NCBI GenBank assembly: GCA_000934665.2
Contig: KZ538131.1
Coordinates: 1 to 64,000, forward strand
Length of the DNA stretch: 64,000 nucleotides
Reading direction: 5' to 3'
From: Catajapyx aquilonaris
Taxonomy: Eukaryota
A program made the translations under genes and the position numbers. Below, piece after piece: positions 51,722 through 64,000 of this stretch. The notes under the pieces were generated by a model, which saw only the letters and a list, made by a program, of their open reading frames with translations, searched no databases and had not been told where the DNA came from. The stretch's first letter is position 1; each line of letters opens with the position of its first letter.

Positions 51722-52892
51722 TGAAATATTAGTAATGTCAGCCAATTAAGATTTTCTAAGATATGTGTGTGCAGGCATATCCAGGAATATATGCGGTTAT
51801 CACCATACATTCGCAATTCCCAGTGCATCACTAAATTGGCAGGCCTAGATTCGATTGGCAATAAGCATAATTATGTATTAGGCAATATCATTACTACTTT
51901 TCTGTGCGAATGAGCAGACTGGCATTGTTATAGGTCTCATTGAGATCAGAAAAGTAATGAAGCTCTTTTACGTAGAACTAGAATGGTATTTGCGAATCTT
52001 CTGTAGTGGTTATTTGGAAAGTTCTACATAATGACTCATTCTCCGAAACAATTCGTAAATTTTTAATTCTGCATTCAAAGAGCCATCCAGTTTAGTGAAG
52101 GATCTATGCTACAGTATATTGTATATGCCATTATACGATCCATTGCAGAAAATTCAGACGGTAGATCTGCACAAGTTCTGTGAACAACAGTACGTCAGTT
52201 TTAGTCTGAATTGATACTAATTTTATATGCAGTTACTCATTACAAGTCATTTATCACACTCCATGACGATATATAGCTTAGAGTTCGTGTAATGACCTTG
52301 GGCGTATACTACATAATTACATGAACTCATGAACTTCGTAAGAAAAGTGTTGTGATGAGTTATGACAGAACGCGAGAAGAGAGAAAAAAAAGTAGCCTGC
52401 GGGAAGGAGTGTTGAACAATGCGCAAATAGGCCACGTAAGGCATAAGTAGGGAGACCTATAGGGAGGTGCCGTATTTTGTAAGTGCATTTCCTTCAAATC
52501 AAAATTTTACCAGATTTAAATATTAACGTTAACCGCTTATTATGCATGCCATGGGAGATGGATGGCGCCCAGTTTCTTGCTCGCTGTATATTAACGGTGA
52601 GATTTAATGAAGCTTATGATTGCACGCTATTGGTAGCATAGTGTGATATCCATCCAAAGCGGGGTGTTACAGTGCGTAATCAGTCGCGATCATTCATGTT
52701 AATTAAGCCTGATTTTTAGTGAACAAGAAATCACTCATAAAAAGTGAACATACTGCACTATTGCCATAAAAATACTGAAAGTTTTGCGCCCTTTCTCTGA
52801 CCACAATTCCCGAGAATATCCAAGGATTTTTCTAGTTGTTCCATTTTTGTATTTTATTTCTTAGCAACATCTACGAAATATCAAAGGGAGGA

Positions 52893-52895
<3 letters not shown>

Positions 52896-52944
<49 letters not shown>
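52896..52944. repeat. (AG)n microsatellite, ~24 units
   Basis: Read directly. Confidence 0.97.
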
Positions 52945-52947
<3 letters not shown>

Positions 52948-53843
52948 AAGCAATCTGGTTCTCCACTCGTTAGCGTGCTCTATTCAGAAAAATTCTATGC
53001 CTCGACTAGTCTACCTACAAGCGGATTCCGTATTGATGTCGTTTGTATAGCTATCGTACAGTAAAATCTCCTTTGAGTATGAAACGAGGCAACACGACCT
53101 TATTTCGCATTTAAATCCGCCAGTGAGCTGCAAGGTGGTTTTATGGGGTGTCGGCGACATTTTTTTTCAATCGAATCACCTGTGGGTATGAGAAAAGAGA
53201 CGATTTTGTTTTTGTTTTTTTTTGCTGCGTCTCCATCCGTTGGCCAAATTAAGAAATACGCTACAGTGCCCATCTTGGTCCCACCCACCTTATAGGAAGC
53301 TATACGTCGGAGTGTCGACAGGTGTTCCAACTTCATAGATCCGAGTGCATTCCAGTAGAAAGGACTGGCTGGATATTGCACCGATCGTGTCTAGAAGCGT
53401 TAGAGCAGCAGCCCATTCAAGCTGCAGTTCCACGGACCAGGCGTATAGTCAGCATAAATTCCCAATTATTCAAGCTGGCCCAACTTCCTGGCAAGAAAGG
53501 GAAACACATTCCACATATTTCAACGCAAATGTTCATCGGCGTCTTTGCAAAAGCATTTCCCAGAAGGGCGAGAGGGCTCAGAATTTTTGCTTCTTATTTT
53601 TTCGCAAACTTTTTGAAATGCTGTGGCACGCTGCACCATCTCGCGGTACTAAAGGCTGAATTCTACGCGAAACGCATCCCGGAGCTCCACTCTTAGCGCG
53701 AGAGTGTAACGTCATGCGGATGGCAATGGACTAGCAAGGACAAAGCTCGTAGTTACTTTTTCCTGCCACTATCCCACCTACCCCTTTTCGCGGTCTAGAA
53801 TGTTGACCTCCAGACTTGCGGCCAATAGACCTTGAAAGAGTAA

Positions 53844-53878
53844 GTGTGTGTGTGTGTGTGTGAACGCGCGCGTGTGTG
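53844..53878. repeat. (GT)n / (CG)n alternating purine-pyrimidine tract
   Basis: GTGTGTGTGTGTGTGTGTG-AA-CGCGCGCGTGTGTG. Confidence 0.85.
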
Positions 53879-56800
53879 ACTATTGTCTCTAATAAAAAGG
53901 AATATTCTCGGGAGTTGGAAACCTGATATCTGGTGTTGTTTGTTCACAGTTCCACCATTCAGAAATTATACTGCCTGATAATATATAGGGGACGCCATTG
54001 TGCAAGCCATGGACTGTCGAGATGGGTCACATGCTTGACTATACATGGTGTGAAGTAGACCCGGGTTCTAATTTCACTTAGAAGCATTTTCATGGCTGTT
54101 GCTCCACAACTCATGCTTGTCCTGAAGATGCGGTCGGAATCGTAATGGACGTATAAAACTGGTCTTAAGGAGGCGTGTTTATGACTTGGGCTGAGTTTTG
54201 GCATATATAGGATTTTCTGACAAGACCGTTAGGATACCCGGGTCTGAGAGCTGGTTTTTGTTGACTCGAGGGAAATAGTCGTCTTGGCTCTTTTGAGGTT
54301 GGGATTGGCCACGGGGTGGGAGTGAGAGATTTCCCATGACGACGAATTTAATTCGTGGCACTTGAGACGATTTCTTCCGTCACTCATCTTTACTTCCGTT
54401 GCCGGATGGATCATTCGTCTTCATGGCCTTTCATCAGGGAGAACTTCTTTGACGACATTTGGTGGGAAAAGGCGTCCGAGAGCTGTGTAATCCGCTTATT
54501 ATATATAATCACACGATGCTTAGCTATATCGTAATATTCCGCGGGGCATGATACTGTATATACGGCAAACAAAATCTCTTTGCTCGAATTAGCCACAATA
54601 GCGGTTTCTTTGGGGGTTACTGCAGCTGTAAGAAGGGGATATTTGAGCAGAATATTTGTTTCAAAAGAAGAAGACTATTTTGAGGCCATTTACAGTTTGC
54701 TTTACAGTTTGAGTCCTACTTAACGTTTGTATAGCTTGTGGCGATGACTATGCAGCTGATTAGGAGCAATGTTGACTGGGTTGAGAGTAAGGAGGACATT
54801 TCCTCTCAAAGCTGAGTATTATTAGAGATAATAGAACTTTAGCTGCCCGTATTTGCTCGGGTTCTCTTCACCGAAACGATCGTGCAAATAAAATCAGGGC
54901 ATATTGCTACAGTAGAATCTTATGGAGTGGAGCGGCACTTTTCAGTGCAAACTCAATTTTGAGAGATTTGATGGCCTGGTTTATGCCATTCTTTCACTCA
55001 GTGTTTGAACAGAGTGGATGTTTCCAGCAGTGAGCTATATTGTGTTACGCATGTTGAAGGTATAACGCCGGTTTGAATGCCGAATCAAAATATTTTGCAC
55101 GTTTTCAACAGCCGAGCTGAATGAAATAAATGAACCGCCTGGAGCTTTCTTGAAAGCGGATTAAGGGAAGGAAGAGAGCGATTTCGGCTGGGAAGAGGAA
55201 TCGATAATGCGGCGTTATCAACTTAGGTTAATTTCTACATATAGTTAGTCATTGTCAAGCAGGCCCTGAAGGTGTCTCCTGCATGCCGTCTATAGTTCCG
55301 AGCGAAGTTTGCTGCAAGTCGAAACTGGAGTAACTACTTCAGCACGAACGGAACTAGGCATGCCGTTTCTTGCTCATAACGAAATAGACGGTTTCATTGA
55401 TTATATGAGCCGGGGCGAAACCCAGACTTTAATTATCCGGCTTGAAGTTCAGCTCTCTGGAGGTTGGGTGATTTGAAAAGCCGAAGCTGCTGCAACTTTC
55501 CATGATTTAAGGCATTCTCTCTCTTCTCGAGACCCTGTCTGACGTAAAAATACCTCGTTACGCTAATTACGTTACCAGCATTCCTGAACACGAACCTCTT
55601 GAAATTCTAAATGATACTATGACGCACTCAGACATTGGCCTCTTCCTGTCCGGACTATTAATAGGGACATAGGTGGAGTGCGTGGGCGAAGGATCGCGTG
55701 ACTGCACAAGATGTTCAGAAATGCATCGGAGTATTGATTTGCGGTGGGACCTTAGTGTACTTGTACGCAGACCTGATTGCCTGTCGATACATCCGAACAA
55801 GAGCGCGATATATATCGCACCTGTGCAAGTGTTTCCTTAAATTTCCTGGGAATGACAGTAATTTGGGTGACATGTGTGCAGGGAGATGGGCCGTGTCCTG
55901 AAGGTACAAGGTGGACAAAGAGTATTGCGGGTATCGATCTGAGAAGGCAGTCAAGGCAAGTAGAGCATTGGAAGCATTAAGGCGAAGAGGGTCAAGGTGC
56001 GCACCGGGGGTTGCATAAGTTCCGGCGAGTAAAAGAAGTTGGTGCCTTGGCCAGCTTTTGAGAGTTGTTCTCGTGCCTAATAGACAGGTGCACACGTCTT
56101 GCATCCTCGTGACGGATAGATCCCGAAGAGGGGCTATTTTGAAGCCGGCTAAATGTGGGTCTAGGCGCCGCTTATTCCGGCGTTATTGATGGCTCGTGTC
56201 GGAGGTTCGCCATTGTTAAGCTTTTGTTGGCCGGGCTGGTGCACCGGTTTTTTTAATAACTTTTTTTCGGATTTGGGAAGAAAAGGGGATGGATTCCAAA
56301 TGGTCTGTCGTCACCTTGAATGTCTGGCTGGCTGGTAAAGGAGGGTAGGGAGCCGGTTGAAGTTTTAAATGTCAGTGATATTGATTGCTGCACTAACTAC
56401 AGAAACGTTTCATCCGGGTTACCAGGGGTAGCTATTTGTCAGCGCCAGGGAGGAGGAGGAGGAGGGGGTTTTAAAAAAACTTAACAGCAACGGCAACAAA
56501 CTGAATAGTTACGACAGGCCCATTTCCTGTCCAGTGTGTATAGGACACGTATCAAGCTTTATGCGTTTATTGACCAGTGCTGCCAGGGTAGTGACGATGA
56601 ATTACGTCCAGATTGTGTCAGGATAGCGAGTAACAGGTGGAGGAAATTGTTAGCTACTGGAATACCGGTAACCATCGAATAGGTAATTTTCAGAGCGGAT
56701 CTCACTAGCAGGAATTGCGCGTTTTCGTTGTAGTACGCAGCATAGTATTTTTGGATACTTCTGTGGGCGATGGCAATATTTTTAGAGATTATTTCATATT

Positions 56801-59800
56801 ATAGCTGGAGTTAGTACAGTAGTTCCTTTTTTCCGTTTCATGCGATTGATGATGCCTTTTCTAGTTCATAATTTATCATATGTGCTATTATACGCGTAAT
56901 TAGTATTGATGCACATGATAAAAGCCTGGGAACGTGTCATTATACACATATTTGAGGGTTTATTAAATCAATAAATATTCGGCGTGCGTGATTTTATGAC
57001 GTTTACGATACACGTTAGTGGAATAGGAGCAGCTTTGCACGAACGTATGGCTTCTTAGCATGCACCCGCCGAACGTTTCACCGACCAAGACACTCCGGCC
57101 GAGTGACCATTTGAGGTGGTGATGTGGACTCGACCGCGACCTAACATGAGGCGCCGGAGATGAAACATGTCTGTGAGAGTAATAGACATGAAGGTGAACG
57201 GCCCTGGAGCACGTAGGGTGGGTCATGGTTTCATATCGCTGCAGTCGATACACGTCATCTGGAGGCCGGAAAGCCGCGGCAGGGACTCCATTGCGGGATA
57301 CCAGGACCGTGTCGAGCATGCCTTTTGTCCCTATACATCGCTGTCAGTTTTTGACATTTAGCAGGGGTTTGCATGGGCTTGCTATGGAATTCCGGCCGGT
57401 GCATTGGTTTGCACAGGCACCGGCAGGCGGCACCATGCTTTCAAATTGGACTATGATGATAATTATAGTCGGTGGAGAATAGAATGCGGGCTGCCTAGGG
57501 CAGGGCTTGTTCTGCAGTGATGAACTTTGAGCAAGGGATGGCTTGCAGGTGGATGCGAGTGTATTACCCTCGTCATTTCATAACGATTTGACGGAGCCAC
57601 TGCGCTAGTTTGGTGGGGGCGCGCCAATTGCCTCCGTGCAACCTTGCAGGTACGGGGAAAAAACATCCAAGGTGGAAAGAAAATCGACGCCACTGAAATT
57701 ATTATCGGAGTGCACGGCGCTACGCAGTTGATGAGGCAATTGGCGGGGGATAATAGTTCCGCCTGTTTTTATTTACCCGCATCTAGACCCAAGGCCAAAG
57801 ACGGGTTTCAGGAAGTGTTGGGATATTTGAGGGGTGCCTTGCGCGAAAGTTTGGAAATAATTAGGCCAGAAGTGTTGAATCCGACGGGGCTGCATATCTT
57901 GGGGTTGCTGATATAGGATGATAGATTGCTAGGTAACTGATGATTACTGGCTGGGTTGACGCGTTGGATCACATGGCTGAGCTGGCGACGGATTGAGCCG
58001 GCGCTCGCCAGAGGCCTGCACAGTTCAGTGCCTTGTATTTAGTACAGGGTAGATCAATACATGTATCCAATGAGGGAGAAGGGGATGGGGGGGNNNNNNG
58101 GGGGGGAAAGGAACCTCTGTCAATTATCGAACAGGAATTCCTGATTTGATGTGACTTTGACGGGATGAAATGATACTGCGGCCCTCAATTGTTGAAACGC
58201 TAATGTGCCACCAAAAGCCAAAATTTTTCAAATGTGTGTGGCGATCTGAACTGTTGGCTACTAAGGTGCTGTATATCTAACGATTTTCATTGCGTTGTTT
58301 TGCACACGTTCAACTCTTGTATTCGATAAGATGTAAATTGAAGGTTATACACGCAGGGGGGACCTTTCCAGCGTCATCTGTAGTTGCAACGGTGAAGGAG
58401 CGATTATCTCGCGCTAGATGGCGGACAAGCCCATTTTAATGCCTCTTAGCAAACCTCCGCCATCTATCGTAGAGGAAAGACGTGAAGGAATGCTGTGTTG
58501 AAACGCTAGGCGGCTAGATGGCAGGGGAGGGCATTTGTCAAACCATGGATGAAAAGCAGCCACCTGTCGCAGCCTTTTGGCGAGAAGAATATTGAGTTGA
58601 AATGTTAGGTGGCGTTGCTAGTTCTGTGTAGTAGTTCTAGATAGAGCCGCTATGTGTCGCTAATTTTGCGAATATGCCCTGTTTGTAAATCCCTACTGCA
58701 GATGGAGTTACTGCGGAATATAGAGTAAGTGCCAGGGCTAAATGTCATTCTTTTACCTCTGCTTTTGCACCAATAAAATAATTACAATGAAGATTTTGGT
58801 TAGACCCGTATGTACCCATTTTATATATGGATGGGCCTTACTTGGAGATACATGAAATTTCCCACCTACTTGTTTGCACATTTTTTTTTCAATAATAAGC
58901 TGTCCCAACGTGTGACCCTCATCCAGGATGCGAAAAATTGTGCCGAGGTCATTAGTGAGACCTGGGCCACATTTTGAGGTACAAACCACCGAGATAGTTA
59001 TATGGTTGGCGGTTCTGGGGGTGTAATCGTAGAGGATCTGAGGATAGCGCGTGCAGCGAGGATGTTTGCCAGCCGAAGATTATGAAAGTAGACCGAATTT
59101 AGATACGCGCGTATATTGAAGCTTTCATTGTGGATTCGGTAAGAGCATTTCGCAACTCTTATTTTGCAGATGGCTAATTTTAAATGACCATGAAACACAG
59201 GTGAGGTGTGGCTATTTTTGACAGCTGTTGTCACCTCACTTGATCCAAGTTGTATCTCATCTTGTTGGCACAGAGGCACCGCCGCGCCGGACAACTCTAA
59301 AATTGCTTAGAAATAGTGCCTGGTAATGGAACTTTCGATCAGGAAAATAGGTCAGGTATTAGGCGAAGAAGTGGTTCCATTCATGGGACCAGGCAGGGGC
59401 CAATTGATGAATGAAGAATTCATGGAATTGACCAGTGCATTGGATTGCGGTTTATATGGTGACCCAGTTGGAAGTATGAGGGCGCCAGGCGGTCTGAAGC
59501 GGCTTCTCAGCCATGTTTTGTTGCGGCGTGAACGGTGCCCTGGAGGCTATTTGGCTGACTCGTATAGCCTTTCCCCTTTTTCTCGGGGATTCTATGCACT
59601 TACGTAATTCGTCTGTATGCTTGACAGGGTTGGCGCATGTGTGTGCGAGTACATATCAACTTTGACGCTAGATTACAGTGTAATTGCACATAAATCCAAG
59701 CGGCTGAATGAGCTGTGTTGAATTAAGCATGAGTTAGATTGTACAACAACAAGGATTTATTGGGATAAAAAAAATTAATTGTTAAGGTTGACTGTAGGGT

Positions 59801-62800
59801 GAATAATTGGCGCGTGATACGGTCACCGAGTTTAGTGCGGGTCATCCGGTGCGTTCTGCGTAGTCGGTCTAACTAAATTGATGATGTCATGGAGACGCTA
59901 GTGATGGTTATTATAGGGCATTCGCATATAACCTGTAGCACGAGACGCAATGTTCAACCAGTCCCATTGTGCGCAAACGTTTATTACATTTTTTTGTTCA
60001 GACTGATGCGTGACATGTAACTTAATGATGCATTGCATTCGTGTCAATCAAATGGCGCCTTACATAATGACGTCAATATAAGGTTTTCATCCAGGACTTT
60101 GACTGGTACCGTACAAGTTTACCTGATGGCGATCTCCCAAATCATGCTCCATTAATCATAAATTTTGCAGCGCTATATTATGGCAATTGAGCGGCTCGTC
60201 GCGAGCGAAATAGGTAGTTACGTAAACCTCGTGCCCTTCATTCGTCCCTGTCGGAGTTCATCGCCTTGACAGAAGCCGGCTTATTACGCAGTTTTTCACT
60301 ACCACCTCTGTTTGCCCATAATGGTCCCCACCCTTCTGGACTAGCCCGTATATTTCGACTCAAACTGCGACCCATGCTCGGCGGTATTGCAGTACACATA
60401 TAATGAATTCTAAAGAAAATGGTCGGTCAACATCACGAACTCCGTCTAAGCGTGGCTAATTGTTGGGAAAATCCGCTCATGTCGATTCAGCGAACGTATT
60501 ATGAAATATGGGGGTGGAGGGATAGGTAACAATGCTACGCCAGACAGGCAGCGCGCGATGTTCATAGCGTGAGAATTGCAAGGAAATCGATTACTGCACA
60601 TTGAGGAATGGCAAGTAAAGGTGATATCAATGGGACTCAATTGCGACGCGGACGCGTTACCGTTAATGACGTTTCCAGACCAGGAAGTGCGTGCCGGAGA
60701 AGCCAAAATCGATGGTTAATTTGCCGAAGGAGGTCATCTCTGCCGATCAAAAATTGTTGGCGGCGTCCTGAATGGGTGAATATTTCCACCCATCCACTCA
60801 CCTTCCTTGCATTCAATCCGTGTGTATAGGGTGGAGAGGGGTTCATGAAGGGGGGTAGTTTTCAGGTGAGGTTGTTGGCCTTCGTAAGCCCGCCCACAGG
60901 AGATAAGGCGGGGCCAAACAGCTGGTAGCAGAGTTTTGTTTGAGCTTTGCAAGTTTCCACACGGGGAGGGGGGGGGGGGGNNNNNNNNNNNNNGTTCAGG
61001 CAGGGAAATTAATGTGGTTTTGTGGAATGAATTTGCTGTTGGAATAAAGCTGAATTAGCGACGTATCACTTGCGGCTATTATTAATTGCATCAATTTGTG
61101 ACCGGATATTGTCCTGTAGGTATTATTGGATGAACTCGTAACATTTTGCTAAGCACATCCTGCTAGTAGGAGAAAATAGCTTCATGTATGCAACCAAGGC
61201 GGATCAATCCATTCATATGGGATGGCGTGCCCTAGGCCATGTACAGTGGTGACATTTCACCAGGCGATTTTTTTTCTTGTACTTCGATTAGTTAGAATTC
61301 TTGTCAAGTGCATGTTTGTGCTGTGTCCAGTGATCTCTATACTATGCACTGGAATGAGCATGGCAATATGTTCCATTGTCTTGGGTGGCCATATTGGGAC
61401 ATCAGAATAGTATCGATTGTCCACTACGTGATCAATATTGCGCATGTGTTTTTGTTGTTGTTTTTTTTTACTTTTTACTTTTGTTCTCGTTTTACATAAG
61501 CATATATTGTAAATTGTAGAATTTGTAAAAAGAGAACAAATAGTGTTTGTGATTGATACCGGTTGTTGACACAGTATTGACGAAACAAATCACATCGCAT
61601 GTAAAAACAAACAAACAAACAAACAATAACCTTATTGCCACATTCAGAACTGCTCGCGATAAATAGCGCTTAAAATAGCGAGTTTGGTGTCCCAAAAATG
61701 GTGCGGGAGGACGAAAAAATTATAGTATCGATCGCGACAATCCGCAGCCCAGTGTATATAGTAGAGATCAGTGGCTGCGTCTCAGCCCGCTGCAATACCC
61801 TGTTATGTCATCCCCCTTCGTTAGTCATTCACCGGTGTGGGCCTGCACTGTTTGTGTAACTTATAGGACGTTAATGAGAAAAGCAACAGAGCTTGAACTG
61901 GCGCGTGGTTCCATATTAAAGAGTGAATTATATTGGCTAATTAGCCAAGTATATCATAAAGGGTTTTTTGCTCTGTTAACCTCTGCCACGTGACACTCAC
62001 CATCATAATGAATTCAAACAAGTACAAGCTAAAATAGTGAACTAAGTGATTGGTTTTGCATGGACTACGTCAGTGTAAAAGAGACAAACGCAGAAGCTCG
62101 CCCGAGAGCACATGGTGGTTCATGATTAAGACGTCTTTTACGGATGCCATAAAAGCTGGTGAGGCTTAGCTGCCCAGGTGAGAGAAGGATAAACCTCATT
62201 TTCCAGCTGACGCGAGTTATCTACCGGCTGGGATAACACGTTACATTTCTCCACGATTATAGTTTTAAGCCTGTAGCTATTCATTTGGGAATAGAATTTG
62301 ATTCGAGTAATACGCCATTCTTGTGATTAGGAATTAATGGAATGTGAGGCAGCTCACTGATGAATGGACGTGAATAAAACAGAATGCCAAGGAATGGCAA
62401 GTTACTGGAGTTAGTGTAATAGGGCAAATGGGAAATTAATGGTTGAAATGAACAGGATGAATGTTGAAATTCAGGTGGATGGGATTGTTCTTTTTACGTG
62501 GACCATCACAACTTTCAGTGGAACTTGTCCTAAATCATGTCAAATGTAAACTGAGTTTTGCCCTATGTATTTCCGGTAAATTCCGGAAATCCGCGTATGA
62601 AACTCGCAATTTTTCAATCTTCCTATTCAAAATACCCACAGGATAACGCCAGTAACATTTTGACAATTTTTATATATTTTTTCCAGCAATATAAAATAAC
62701 GTGCCAGTTTTAGAGTTGCACATTTTTGTACTAAAAGTGGTATTTAATAGAATAAACTGTTTTGCAGTACAGGCTGATACCTTCAAATGGCTTTTGATAT

Positions 62801-63092
62801 TATTTTCATTAATTCATGTTTTAGTGAACAACTGGCGATCAAAAAAAAAACAGCCATCATCTGCTATTGTCATAATTATTAAAATAAAGGTGGCCTCTGT
62901 TTCTTGGCATCTCCTGGGGCGATTTTAAATTGAAAAATTTGAAACCACGAATTTGATTGGGATTTTGCAATACCGGAATACTGTATAGATATGACAAAAA
63001 CGAGTTTCACTGTTTCATCCGACATTATTAGAAACAACTTCACTAAAAATTGGGGTGGTGGGTGAAAAACTATCTGGGAGAGGTCATTAGCT

Positions 63093-63325
63093 AATGGGAA
63101 ATGAATGGAAATGAATGAGGAATAAACACTGGCTAACATACTGTACAATTCAGAATGGATTTGATCACGAATGGAGACGAATGAGAAGTGAACGGTGAAT
63201 GGAACCAAATTGAATTGACACGAATTGAAGTGAATGGTGAATGACAGTGAAGCGAAAGGGAAGGAAATTGAATTGGATGCTGACAATGGATGTTGAATTG
63301 AATGGGCACAAGAATTGAAAGGAAT
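63093..63325 (+). repeat. Degenerate (GAATG/GAATT)-rich low-complexity tract
   Basis: Many TGAATG/GAATTG words with a strong G/A strand bias. A weaker tract lies at ~62330-62480. Confidence 0.75.
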
Positions 63326-63518
63326 ATCATACATAAGGTTTTAATATATACTTACACCATTTTAAGATTTTGAAGAGTTTTGCAGTGAATGGTATCCATC
63401 TCTGCCTCCAAGCGGTCCACACTACCTATGTAATAATATTCCTAAATGGGATCATATGATATTGTACTGACAATTGTTACAATTTCCAAGTACGAGTTTT
63501 ATTCACCATGAACATTGT

Positions 63519-63608
63519 CTAATTGTTTCTCTCTCTCTCTCTTTCCAGGTAAGAGATGCTTTTATCTACGGTCTCAGTTCCGAGTACCAATGCCAGGCGA
63601 CGGTGAGT
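63519..63608 (+). promoter_or_regulatory. Candidate recursive splice site (ratchet point) with a 54-nt cryptic RS-exon (63549-63602)
   Basis: Branch point CTAAT (63519-23), a 21-nt pure pyrimidine tract, CAG|GTAAGA at 63548/63549, and a downstream donor ACG|GTGAGT at 63602/63603. Confidence 0.7.
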
Positions 63609-64000
63609 TTCAGCTTACTTTCCTAAGAAAAAAAGCCTTTGCCAGCAGCCGCGGCAAAAGACAAAGGCAAGTCGTATTGGGTACCATGGCGTGACATGCA
63701 GCTACCAGGACTTGTCCGTCGGCTATAGGGTTGCGAATCTCCAAAACGGTGCATGCGTCTCCGACCCTTCCCCAGCGCGCAGATATACTGGAAATAAACT
63801 ACAAAATGGGTCAGCTTCTGAGAAGCCCCCGACTTAAAAGTCATGTCCCCTAAATAGGGTTTGGACCCGGATGTCCTAATTGTGTCCTTCCCCCAGACAG
63901 CATGTCGCTCTTAAAAATCGTCGCCAGAGACGTCGAGGAGATATAAATACAACGTGGGGCACTGGCGCCTGATGCTCCTCCGGTGGCGCCATCGTCTGGT

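Larger units (their letters stand above)
25779..64000 (+). other. Very long intron of the TSC22/bunched gene (>38 kb, probably extending beyond the window)
   Basis: Donor at 25779. No IDNKIEQAMDLVK-like sequence seen in the ORF track or by eye downstream. The region is repeat-laden non-coding DNA. Short-isoform first exons may lie inside it but were not firmly identified. Confidence 0.7.

Noticed and set aside
60856..60871. Second possible ratchet point TTTTCAG|GTGAGG (also GCAG|GTGCAA at ~35910 and ACAG|GTGAAC at ~27282)
   Set aside because: Short pyrimidine tract with an upstream AG, a weak donor, or location inside a transposon.
62879..63334. 151-aa F/S/H/I-rich minus-strand ORF
   Set aside because: Antisense translation of the GAATG-rich low-complexity tract.
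1..64000. CRISPR arrays, operons, rRNA or other prokaryotic/defence systems
   Set aside because: The sequence is intron-containing eukaryotic DNA. No regularly spaced repeat-spacer arrays or dense ORF blocks were seen.

Overview
Eukaryotic genomic DNA, most likely from an arthropod/insect (inferred from the protein motifs and the 58-66 nt introns). It is AT-rich, with N ambiguities inside G/C homopolymers. Two + strand protein-coding loci are supported. (1) A five-coding-exon apolipoprotein D-like lipocalin (18762-20376, ~227 aa). (2) The large first coding exon of the long isoform of a TSC22/bunched-family gene (24208-25778). Its following intron appears to run past the end of the window, because I found no TSC-box/leucine-zipper exon. 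The rest is non-coding and carries many non-autonomous elements (Tc1/mariner-, PIF/Harbinger- and hAT-type MITEs, and a tRNA-derived V-domain SINE with an intact 17-bp TSD), plus microsatellites. The most interesting signal is a textbook-like recursive splice site deep in the bunched intron: branch point + polypyrimidine tract + CAG|GTAAGA at 63548/63549. It is followed by a 54-nt cryptic exon whose inclusion would create an immediate stop and then an in-frame, phase-compatible ATG. No prokaryotic systems, CRISPR arrays, rRNA or true tRNA genes were seen.
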